Part shown: in pieces, positions 35,402 to 43,905 of the stretch
Layout of the letters: each line of letters starts with the position of its first letter
How positions within the stretch are numbered: the stretch's first letter is position 1
NCBI GenBank assembly: GCA_041662665.1
Contig: JBAZSC010000003.1
Span: 76,333 to 140,332, forward strand
Length of the DNA: 64,000 nucleotides
Source of the DNA: Patescibacteria group bacterium
GTDB lineage: Bacteria > Patescibacteriota > JABMPQ01 > JAQVVF01
Direction of reading: 5' to 3'
Position numbers and translations under genes: made by a program
Notes under the pieces: generated by a model
The model's input: only the letters and a program-made list of their open reading frames with translations
Databases searched by the model: none
Told to the model about the DNA's origin: nothing

Positions 35402-35486
35402 AAAATAAGTAGAAAAACAGTTGCTCAGCGCATCAGCGTAAGATCTGCGTTGGCATCAGTGTTTAATCTGCTTCTAAGAAATAAAA

Positions 35487-36362
35487 ATGCCGAATTTGGG
35501 AGGATATTATTATTCAAAAAAACGTGATAAAGGACTTTCGTCTTACGCAAAAAAAATGCGCAAGTCGAAAAAAAAGTCTGTACAAAGTTTAGGTAAAACT
35601 AAAACTAATTTTGGCGTTTCTTTGAGAGGTAAATCAACTTTGATCGTCTTGTTGATTGCAGCGATTATTTGCGCAGGAATATTATTTTTCAGCAATTTTT
35701 TTTCAGTAAAGAAAGCGGTATTAGTTGGAAATAATAATATTAAAAGCGAGGAAATAGAAAATATTTTAAAAGATGCAATTTCTGGAAAAAGATTTTTTAT
35801 TTTTCAAGCAAGCAATATTATATTGATTAATGATGGCATGATTAAAAATAAAATTATGGAGGAGATGCCATTGATTGATAAAATTGAGATAAAAAGAATG
35901 TTGCCAAATACTTTAAAATTAAATATTTCAGAAAGAGATCCATTTGCTGTTTGGGAGACAGGAGGAAAAAGATATCTTGTTGATTCAAGAGGAAAGGTTT
36001 GTTATGAAATTAAAGATGATGCTAAAATGGACTTGCCAACAATTTATGATAAACAAAATAAATCAGTAGAAGTGAAGGGCGAGGCAACTTTTCCTCAACA
36101 GATAAATATAATTAGAAACATTTTAAATTCGTTGAGAGATAAAACAAAATTAGAAGTTGAATCTGTTTCTTTGCCGAATTCATTAGGTTTTGAAGTTGAT
36201 GTAAAAACAAAAGATGGATTTATGATATACTTTAATACAGAGAGAAGTGTTGATTCGCAAATCAGAGATTTGAAAAGTGTTTTAGATAAACAAGTTGCTG
36301 ACCAAAAAGGATCTTTGCAGTATATTGATTTGCGAGTTGAGAATTGGGTTTACTACAAGTAG
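35487..36362 (+). CDS. ftsQ: Cell-division protein FtsQ/DivIB-like (POTRA)
   Basis: Basic N-terminus, single TM, POTRA-like domain; synteny after ddl. Confidence 0.65.
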   Translation: MPNLGGYYYSKKRDKGLSSYAKKMRKSKKKSVQSLGKTKTNFGVSLRGKSTLIVLLIAAIICAGILFFSNFFSVKKAVLVGNNNIKSEEIENILKDAISGKRFFIFQASNIILINDGMIKNKIMEEMPLIDKIEIKRMLPNTLKLNISERDPFAVWETGGKRYLVDSRGKVCYEIKDDAKMDLPTIYDKQNKSVEVKGEATFPQQINIIRNILNSLRDKTKLEVESVSLPNSLGFEVDVKTKDGFMIYFNTERSVDSQIRDLKSVLDKQVADQKGSLQYIDLRVENWVYYK

Positions 36363-36381
36363 TTATAAAGTTTTTAAAGTT

Positions 36382-36423
36382 ATCCGCCTTCGCTTCTGCT
36401 GAAGCTACGGCGGACAAGTAAAG
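36382..36423 (+). repeat. CCGCC-hairpin element (ATCCGCCTTCGC-ttctgctgaagctac-GGCGGACAAGTAAAG) inserted in a TAAAGTTNN 9-bp array
   Basis: Stem CCGCC/GGCGG; paralogs at 12769, 12916 and 41447 with covarying stems. Confidence 0.6.
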
Positions 36424-36434
36424 TTCATAAAGTT

Positions 36435-36809
36435 GTGAAAATTAAAGAAAAAATTAGAATATTCAAACAACATCCATACTTCAGATCTAAATTTAGTATT
36501 ATTATGCTTTTTAATAGTTTGCTCTTGAATTTTGCTCTGTGGATGTTATTATATTTTAGAATAAAGCCTTCTAATTTTCCCATACCTTTGCATTATTCAG
36601 TTTATTTTGGAATTGATAATATAGATTATTGGTACAAAGTATTTTTTGTACCTGGAATTGGAATAGCTTTTTTGCTATTGAATTTGTTCTTATGTATTTG
36701 GTTTTATAATAAAGAAAGATTTATTACTCATTTTTTGACAATTAATAATTTTGTCATTCAGCTGATTTTATTTGGGTTTGTTGTGCCATTGGTATTTATG
36801 CAGACATAA
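36435..36809 (+). CDS. Small membrane protein (hypothetical)
   Basis: 3-4 TM helices; the start is uncertain (alternative ATG at about 36504). Confidence 0.3.
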   Translation: MKIKEKIRIFKQHPYFRSKFSIIMLFNSLLLNFALWMLLYFRIKPSNFPIPLHYSVYFGIDNIDYWYKVFFVPGIGIAFLLLNLFLCIWFYNKERFITHFLTINNFVIQLILFGFVVPLVFMQT

Positions 36810-36938
36810 TACAAATATACGAATTTATACAAATCTACGAATATGCGAATTAGCGAATTCGTACATTAGTATATTTGTAAAGTGGCATTAATTTGTTTCT
36901 AAGGTCACAAATTAATTTTGTAGATTGGTATCATATTT

Positions 36939-38516
36939 ATGCGGGCAGATCAAATTAAGAATAGAAAAGATAGAACTATTTATAGATTACTGGAAATATT
37001 GCCGGGCTTTTTGTCTTGGGGAGTTTTATTAGGAAGTACTATCTTGTCTTTTGTTGAGCCTGTTTGGGTAGCAATTTTTATTATTTGTTTTGATGTCTAT
37101 TGGTTAATAAAAGTACTTTATTTAGCAGTATATTTATTGGTTTCTTATCGCAGATTAAAAAAGAATGAAAAAGAGCCATGGCTTAAAAATTGTAATAAAA
37201 TTAAAGTTACAGATCTACCTTCGTCTTCTGACTCCGGTAGACAAAGCAGGCCGAAATTTGAAGAGATTCATCATTTGGTAATTATACCGATGGTTTTTGA
37301 AGATGTTGATATTGTAAGACAGACTTTTCAAGCATTAATTAATTCTAATTATCCGAAAGATAAAATGATTGTTGTTTTAGCAACTGAAGAAAGAGCTGGA
37401 GTTTGGGCAGAAAAAGTTGCTGATCAAATTCGTGGTGAGTTTGGTGATAAATTTTTTCATTTTGCAGTGACTAAGCATCCTGATAATATTGTTGGCGAAT
37501 TAAAGGGTAAGGGCTCTAATGAAACTTGGGCAGCAAAAGAAATTAGGAAATTTATTGATGAAAAAGGATTTACATACGAAAGCGTTATTACTTCAGTTTT
37601 TGATGTTGATACTTGTGTTCATCCTGAATATTTTGGTATATTAACTTATAAATTTTTGACTGTCGAAGATCATTTGCATGCTTCTTTTCAGCCTGTGCCG
37701 ATGTTTTTTAATAATCTTTGGGATTCTCCAGCTTTAATGAGAATTGTGGCAATGAGCACGACTTTTTGGATGTTAATGGAACAAGGTAGGCCAGAGAAAT
37801 TATATACGTTTTCTAGCCATAGCATGAATTTTAAAACTCTTGTTGAAGTTGGTTATTGGGAGACTGATGTTGTTTCTGAAGATTCAAGAATTTTTTGGCA
37901 ATGCTTTAATTTTTATAATGGCAATTATCGTTGTGAGCCTTTGTTGATTCCTGTTTATATGGATACTGTTTTGGCTGGAACTTTTTGGCAAAGTGTAGTT
38001 AATCAATACAAGCAACAGCGAAGATGGGCTTATGGAGCAGAAAATATTCCTTATGTATTAACGAGATTCGCAAAGAATAAAAAGATGTCTTTTTTTAAAA
38101 AGATTGATCATGGTTTTTGGGTAGTTGAAGGCATGCTTTCTTGGGCAACAAATTCAATAATAATTTTCTTGGCTGGCTGGTTGCCTTTGTTTGTTGGCGG
38201 AGAAGCTTTTTCAAAATCTTTATTAGCACAAAATTTGCCATATGTAACGCAGATATTAATGACATTAGCAATGTTGGGAATGATTGTTTCAGCAACTTTA
38301 AGTATGTTCATGTTGCCACCAAGACCAAAAAGACATGGTCAGCACAAAATATTGTTTATGCTTTTGCAATGGATCTTATTGCCTATTTCAACAATTTGCT
38401 TAGGTTCTTTTCCGGCATTAGATGCGCAAACAAGATTAATGTTTGGAAAATATATGGGATTTTGGGTGACTGAGAAGGCGAGGAAGCGCGACGATGATGT
38501 TAAAAAACAAAATTAA
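36939..38516 (+). CDS. Membrane-embedded processive family-2 glycosyltransferase (cellulose/chitin-synthase-like)
   Basis: N- and C-terminal TM bundles; D, DxD and 'QQRRW' (QxxRW) motifs. Confidence 0.6.
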   Translation: MRADQIKNRKDRTIYRLLEILPGFLSWGVLLGSTILSFVEPVWVAIFIICFDVYWLIKVLYLAVYLLVSYRRLKKNEKEPWLKNCNKIKVTDLPSSSDSGRQSRPKFEEIHHLVIIPMVFEDVDIVRQTFQALINSNYPKDKMIVVLATEERAGVWAEKVADQIRGEFGDKFFHFAVTKHPDNIVGELKGKGSNETWAAKEIRKFIDEKGFTYESVITSVFDVDTCVHPEYFGILTYKFLTVEDHLHASFQPVPMFFNNLWDSPALMRIVAMSTTFWMLMEQGRPEKLYTFSSHSMNFKTLVEVGYWETDVVSEDSRIFWQCFNFYNGNYRCEPLLIPVYMDTVLAGTFWQSVVNQYKQQRRWAYGAENIPYVLTRFAKNKKMSFFKKIDHGFWVVEGMLSWATNSIIIFLAGWLPLFVGGEAFSKSLLAQNLPYVTQILMTLAMLGMIVSATLSMFMLPPRPKRHGQHKILFMLLQWILLPISTICLGSFPALDAQTRLMFGKYMGFWVTEKARKRDDDVKKQN

Positions 38517-38545
38517 AAATTGTGGTTTTGAAGGTGAGTTAAATA

Positions 38546-38605
38546 GGTTAGATAAGTTAGACTGGTTAGATTTGTTAACGCTAACTAGTTTAACTTATCT
38601 AACTA
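38546..38605 (+). repeat. GTTAGAYNN 9-bp array forming an inverted repeat (ggttagataagttagactgg … ctagtttaacttatctaac)
   Basis: Tandem heptamer cores plus a 19-nt palindromic arm. Confidence 0.6.
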
Positions 38606-38620
38606 ATTTAATTAATTTCT

Positions 38621-40264
38621 ATGTTTGATATTATTATTAAAAATGGCACAATTGTCGATGGTACTGGCAAAGAAAAATATCAGGCTGATATTGGAATTAA
38701 TCGAGATACAATTTCAGAAATTGGAAATTTAGAAAATGCCAAAGCTTTAAAACAAATTGATGCTAAAGGTTTTTTTGTTTGTCCTGGATTTGTTGATGTC
38801 TTAAATCATTCTGACAGCTATTTTAAAATTTTTTCAAATCCGACTTTAGATAGTTTGGCTTTGCAAGGAATTACAACTATAATTGGAGGAAATTGTGGAG
38901 CATCTTTGGCACCTTTGGCTTCTAGTTTTACAATGTCTGATTTAAATAAGAGAATGGGTTTTAAAGCAAATGTAATCACAAATCCATCAAAAAGTGAGAC
39001 ATTATTAAAGTCAATGAGAAAATGGATTGATGTTTCAGGTATTAATATTAATTGGTCTACTTTGGATGAGTTTCTAGATGTTTTAGGCACTCAAGGAATT
39101 TCTTTAAATTTTGGGACTTTGATTGGTCATAGTTCAATGAGGCGAAATTTAGTTGGTGAGAGAATTTCTGATTTAACTTCTGACGAGATGACTTTTTTTA
39201 AAGAAATGATTGCTGATTCAATGCAACAAGGCGCTTTGGGAATGTCTTGCGGACTTTCTTTTAGCCATGAAAATTTTGTTGAAACAAGCGAGCTTTTAGA
39301 TTTAGCTTCTGTTTTGCATGATAGTGATTCGATAATGGCTTTTCATCTGAGAAATGAATCAGGAAAAATTATTGAATCAGTGGCTGAAGTGATTGAAATT
39401 GCAAAAAGAAGCGGAGTGCGAATTGAAATTTCTCATTTCAAAATTAATGGCAAGGAAAACTGGAATAAAATTAATGAAGCCTTTTCTTTAATTGAAAAAG
39501 CTAATGAAAAAGGATTGGAAATTAATTTTGATTTTTATCCTTATGATTTTGGATGGACAGTTTTTTATCAATTTTTGCCAAGCTCATTATATATCGGTGG
39601 CAGAGAAAAAATGTTAAAAAGATTAATGGATGAAAAAGAAAAGCCAGAAATTTTGAAATCTCTCCAAAAAATTTCAGCAAGAGTTTCAGAAATGATAATT
39701 GCTTATAGCCCATTTAATAAATCTTTTGTTGGCAGGAGTTTTACTGATATTGCCCAATCTCAAGGTATTAGTTTGGAAGAAGCAATTATGATGGCGCTGA
39801 TTGGCTCTCGCGGACATTTGATTTGTTTTGATAAAAATTTAGATGAAAAGAATATTGTAAGACAAATTAAACATCCATTAGGAATTTTATCATCTGATGG
39901 AAGCGGTTTTTATGAAGAAGAAAGTAGAAATGGACAATTAGTTCACCCTAGATGTTTCGGTGCTTTTACGCGTTTTCTAGGAAAATATATTAGAGAAGGA
40001 AAATTCTTGGAATGGGAAAAAGCAATTCAAAAAATTACTTCAATGCCAGCTTTAAAATATGGAATCAATAATCGTGGTTTTTTGCAAGCTGGATTAAAAG
40101 CTGATATTACAATTTTTGATCCAAATAAAATTGCTGGTTTAGCAACAATTGATAATCCATTTCAATATTCTCGTGGTGTAAAATATGTTTTGGTAAACGG
40201 AAAGTTTGTTGTTAATGATTCTAAGCATACAAAAGAACTTGCTGGAGAAATAATTAGAAAATAA
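38621..40264 (+). CDS. Amidohydrolase-3 family, N-acyl-D-amino-acid deacylase (D-aminoacylase)-like
   Basis: 'MFDIIIKNGTIVDGTGKEKYQADIGI…IDAKGFFVCPGFVDVLNHSD' N-terminal signature. Confidence 0.7.
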   Translation: MFDIIIKNGTIVDGTGKEKYQADIGINRDTISEIGNLENAKALKQIDAKGFFVCPGFVDVLNHSDSYFKIFSNPTLDSLALQGITTIIGGNCGASLAPLASSFTMSDLNKRMGFKANVITNPSKSETLLKSMRKWIDVSGININWSTLDEFLDVLGTQGISLNFGTLIGHSSMRRNLVGERISDLTSDEMTFFKEMIADSMQQGALGMSCGLSFSHENFVETSELLDLASVLHDSDSIMAFHLRNESGKIIESVAEVIEIAKRSGVRIEISHFKINGKENWNKINEAFSLIEKANEKGLEINFDFYPYDFGWTVFYQFLPSSLYIGGREKMLKRLMDEKEKPEILKSLQKISARVSEMIIAYSPFNKSFVGRSFTDIAQSQGISLEEAIMMALIGSRGHLICFDKNLDEKNIVRQIKHPLGILSSDGSGFYEEESRNGQLVHPRCFGAFTRFLGKYIREGKFLEWEKAIQKITSMPALKYGINNRGFLQAGLKADITIFDPNKIAGLATIDNPFQYSRGVKYVLVNGKFVVNDSKHTKELAGEIIRK

Positions 40265-40267
40265 ATT

Positions 40268-40345
40268 AGTTAGATTTGTTAGACTGGTTAGATAAGTTAG
40301 GCTAGTTAAACGATTGTAAAATTGATAAAATTGATAAAATTCTTA
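40268..40345 (+). repeat. GTTAGAYNN (five copies) then AATTGATAA arrays
   Basis: gttagattt gttagactg gttagataa gttaggcta gttaaac … attgtaaa attgataa aattgataa. Confidence 0.65.
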
Positions 40346-40376
40346 CCCTGCACTTAGCAGGGATTTTGGCAAAAAT

Positions 40377-41150
40377 ATGCAGAAAGTTGTATCTCAAAAA
40401 TTAAGTAAACATAATAATTTGATTCAAGGCTTGGCTATTGGTGATTTTGGGCATTTAAAATTTGGAGATGATGGGAGTGAAAATAATATTGAAAAAGTTG
40501 TTGAAAATAGAAAAAAATATTTTGATATTTTTGGGATTGATTTGAAAAAAGTTGTAATGCAAAATCAAGTTCATGGAACACATATTTCTTTAGTTTCAAA
40601 AAAAGATTGTGGGAAAGGAGTTTTTAGTCCGGATTCTTATATTGATAATAGCGATGGCTTAGTTACAAAAGATAAAAATGTATTTTTAGTTTGCTATACT
40701 GCTGATTGTTTGCCAGTAACTTTTTTTGATCCAAAATTAAAAATTTGTGGAATTGCTCATTCTGGCTGGAAAGGAACTTTGGGAAATATTTCTGGTAAAA
40801 TGATTGGTGAATTTAAGAAAATGGGTAGTAATGTTTTAGACATTATTGTTTATATCGGTCCAGCAATTGGTAAATGCTGTTACGAAGTAAGTGAAGCAAA
40901 AGATGACAGGATTAAACTTTTTGAAAATTTGGCGAAAGAATTTAAAGCTGATAATTTTGTCGTAAAAGAAAATGATAAAATTTATTTGGATTTAAAAAGG
41001 ATAGTAAAAACGGAATTGTTGGATTCTGGTGTTAAAAATGAAAACATTGAGATTTCAAAAATTTGTACAAGTTGTGATGATAAATTTCCGTCATATCATA
41101 GAGATAAAGATTTTAAGTCTGATTTGTTAAGCGTAATAGGTATGAAATAG
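40377..41150 (+). CDS. pgeF: Peptidoglycan editing factor PgeF (YfiH/DUF152 purine-nucleoside-phosphorylase-like)
   Basis: 'HSGWKGT', 'CYTADC', 'CTSC' conserved Cys/His pattern. Confidence 0.75.
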   Translation: MQKVVSQKLSKHNNLIQGLAIGDFGHLKFGDDGSENNIEKVVENRKKYFDIFGIDLKKVVMQNQVHGTHISLVSKKDCGKGVFSPDSYIDNSDGLVTKDKNVFLVCYTADCLPVTFFDPKLKICGIAHSGWKGTLGNISGKMIGEFKKMGSNVLDIIVYIGPAIGKCCYEVSEAKDDRIKLFENLAKEFKADNFVVKENDKIYLDLKRIVKTELLDSGVKNENIEISKICTSCDDKFPSYHRDKDFKSDLLSVIGMK

Positions 41151-41221
41151 CTTGCGAAAAGCTTGATATTCGGATATTATGATATTAAGCGGAAAGTTGT
41201 TTTTGTGTTTTTAGTGTTTAA

Positions 41222-42721
41222 GTGTTCGAGTGTTTTATGACAATAGAAGATCTAAAAAAGAAAAATATTCATGTCTTAGGCGTTTCTGGAGCTGAAGGAA
41301 GCGCGGTTTTGGAATTTTTGGCTGATAATGGAGTTAAAAATATTACTGCTCATGATTTTTGCGATCAAGATAAATTTAAAGAAAGTTTTTTTTCTTTTCA
41401 TGACAAAATGACAAAAAAAGAAAAAGAAGAAACATATAATGAGATTATCCGCCTTCGCCAAGGCTCCGGCGGACAAGGAAAGGTTAAGTTTAATTATAAA
41501 GATACTTATCTTGACCAAATTGAAAAGGCAGATTTGATTTTTGTGCCTCAATCTTGGTTTAGATATGCGCAAAATGATTTATTGAACCAGCATAAAGGAA
41601 AAATCGAATTTTCTAATATTACAAAATTATATTTTCAATTTTGCAAAGGCAAAATAATTGCAATAACTGGAACATCTGGAAAATCAACGACTTCAGCATT
41701 AGTAAATGATATAATGAAGCGAGGATATAAATTAGGCAAGGTCTATTTTACTGGCAATGATCGTGAGAATGTACAGATTCTAAAAAATATTTTTGAAATT
41801 AAAGAAAATGATATTTTAGTTGTTGAAGTAAGCAACAGGCAATTAATGATTGATTTGAAAAAAAGTCCGTATATTGGCATTATTACGAATATCTCGCCGA
41901 ATCACATGGATGATCATAAGACTTTTACTGATTATATTACAACAAAGAGAAGTTTGATCAGATATCAAAAAAAAGGTGATTTTGCAATTTTGAATTTTGA
42001 TAATGATATTACAAAGGATATTGGCTTAGATATTGATTCAACAGTTTATTATTTTTCTAGAAAAGGCAGAGTTGATCGAGGCGCTTATGTAAAATTCAAT
42101 GAAATAATAATTCAAGATTTTGAAAGAGAAAGAAAAATTTGTTCAGTTTTGGATTTAAAAATTCCTGGACCACATAACATTGAAAATGCTTTGGCAGCAA
42201 GTTTGGCTGGATATTTGATGAAAATTAATACGAAAGATATCAGAGAAGCATTGTTAAATTTTAAGGGTATAAAATCGAGATTAGAATTAGTAAGAGAAGT
42301 TGATGGCGTTTCATATATTGAAGATTCTTCAGCTTGCAATCCTGATGGGACTGCTGTTGCTGTTTCATCATTTAAAAAACCAATGATTTTAATTGCTGGA
42401 GGATCAAGGAAAAAACCATATCCAGGAGAATTCGATAGAATGGCTGATTCAATAATAAATTCAAAAGTAAAAATTGTTTTTTTGATTGGAGAGAGAGCAG
42501 AAACAATTAAATTAGCTTTAAAAAATTCGAGTATAAGATTTCAAAAAACTAGTCCAATAATTAAAATATCTGAAAATTTGGAGGATGCAGTTATTTCTGC
42601 CAATAAATCAGCAAAAAGAGGTGATATCGTAATTTTATCGCCTGGTTGTGAAAGCTTTGGTCTCTTTATTGATTATCGCGATCGAGCGAGACAGTTTAAA
42701 AAATTAGTGAAAAGTTTATAA
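41222..42721 (+). CDS. murD: UDP-N-acetylmuramoylalanine--D-glutamate ligase carrying an in-frame CCGCC-hairpin element insertion
   Basis: 'HVLGVSGAEGSA', 'GTSGKSTT' Mur-ligase motifs; element at 41447-41482 encodes 'RLRQGSGGQGKV'. Confidence 0.75.
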   Translation: MFECFMTIEDLKKKNIHVLGVSGAEGSAVLEFLADNGVKNITAHDFCDQDKFKESFFSFHDKMTKKEKEETYNEIIRLRQGSGGQGKVKFNYKDTYLDQIEKADLIFVPQSWFRYAQNDLLNQHKGKIEFSNITKLYFQFCKGKIIAITGTSGKSTTSALVNDIMKRGYKLGKVYFTGNDRENVQILKNIFEIKENDILVVEVSNRQLMIDLKKSPYIGIITNISPNHMDDHKTFTDYITTKRSLIRYQKKGDFAILNFDNDITKDIGLDIDSTVYYFSRKGRVDRGAYVKFNEIIIQDFERERKICSVLDLKIPGPHNIENALAASLAGYLMKINTKDIREALLNFKGIKSRLELVREVDGVSYIEDSSACNPDGTAVAVSSFKKPMILIAGGSRKKPYPGEFDRMADSIINSKVKIVFLIGERAETIKLALKNSSIRFQKTSPIIKISENLEDAVISANKSAKRGDIVILSPGCESFGLFIDYRDRARQFKKLVKSL

Positions 42722-42740
42722 TGTATAAACGCGATTAATT

Positions 42741-43877
42741 GTGTTTATACTAAATTATTATAAAGTGGCTTTAAAACAAAAACCAGATTATGTATTTTTA
42801 GTTGTGACTTTAATTCTTGTTGTTTTTGGATTAATTATGTTATCTTCAGCAAGTGTTGTTTTGTCGTACCAAAATTTTGCGAATAATTATTATTATTTTA
42901 CACACCAACTATTATTTGGAGTACTGATTGGTTTAGTAGCGATGTTTGTTTGCTACAAAATTGATTATCATAATTGGAAAAAATTTGCAGCATTAATGTT
43001 AGTTTTAACTTTAGTCTTGTTGGTCCTAGTTTTTATTCCTGGACTTGGCTTTGAGTATGGAGGTGCAAAAAGGTGGGTTAATCTTGGTCCGTTAGGCACA
43101 ATTCAGCCTACAGAAATTGCAAAATTGACTTTTCTTTTATATTTAGCAACATGGCTAGACAAAAGGTCTCAAGGTATAAAAGATTGGAAATATAGTTTTG
43201 CACCATTTTTATTTATGTTGGCTGTTGTCGGAACTTTGACAGTGTTGCAACCTGATGTTGGGACGATGTCAGTAATTATGTTGATGTCGATAATTGTTTA
43301 TTTTGTGGCAGGTGGAAAATTAACGCATCTGGGAATTTTGGGAGTTGGCGCTGTTTTGATGATGATGCTTTTAATAAAAATAGCGCCATATAGAATGTCT
43401 CGTTTTACAGTATTTTTGAATCCTGAATTGGATCCACAAGGAATTGGCTATCAAATTAATCAATCTTTGCTGGCAGTTGGATCTGGTGGAATTTTGGGAC
43501 GAGGTTTAGGCAAGAGTATTCAGAAACACAATTATCTCCCAGAAGCATCAGGTGATTCGATTTTTGCTGTTATTGCTGAAGAAATGGGTTTTGTGAGAAT
43601 TATCTTTTTGTTATTGTTATTTTTATTTTTTGCCTATCTTGGATTTAGAATTGCGAAGAGAGCGCCAGATATGTATGGAAAATTAATTGCAACAGGAATT
43701 ACATCTTGGGTGATTTTGCAAGCTTTAATTAATATTTCAGCAATGATTTCTTTAATTCCTCTAACTGGTATTCCTTTACCTTTTATATCATATGGCGGTT
43801 CGGCAATTATCGCTTTGCTGGCTGCTTGTGGGATCATGCTAAATATTTCAAAACAATCTCTAATTAAAAATGACTGA
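42741..43877 (+). CDS. ftsW: SEDS-family peptidoglycan glycosyltransferase (FtsW-like)
   Basis: 10 TM helices; 'PEASGDSIFAVIAEE', 'GGSAII' SEDS motifs; dcw synteny after murD. Confidence 0.8.
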   Translation: MFILNYYKVALKQKPDYVFLVVTLILVVFGLIMLSSASVVLSYQNFANNYYYFTHQLLFGVLIGLVAMFVCYKIDYHNWKKFAALMLVLTLVLLVLVFIPGLGFEYGGAKRWVNLGPLGTIQPTEIAKLTFLLYLATWLDKRSQGIKDWKYSFAPFLFMLAVVGTLTVLQPDVGTMSVIMLMSIIVYFVAGGKLTHLGILGVGAVLMMMLLIKIAPYRMSRFTVFLNPELDPQGIGYQINQSLLAVGSGGILGRGLGKSIQKHNYLPEASGDSIFAVIAEEMGFVRIIFLLLLFLFFAYLGFRIAKRAPDMYGKLIATGITSWVILQALINISAMISLIPLTGIPLPFISYGGSAIIALLAACGIMLNISKQSLIKND

Positions 43878-43905
43878 TATTCTATTTGATTTAATATAAA
43901 AATAC

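Noticed and set aside
38095-38473. Several short ORFs on both strands inside the GT2 gene
   Set aside because: Nested within a long, motif-supported CDS (QQRRW); no independent signals.
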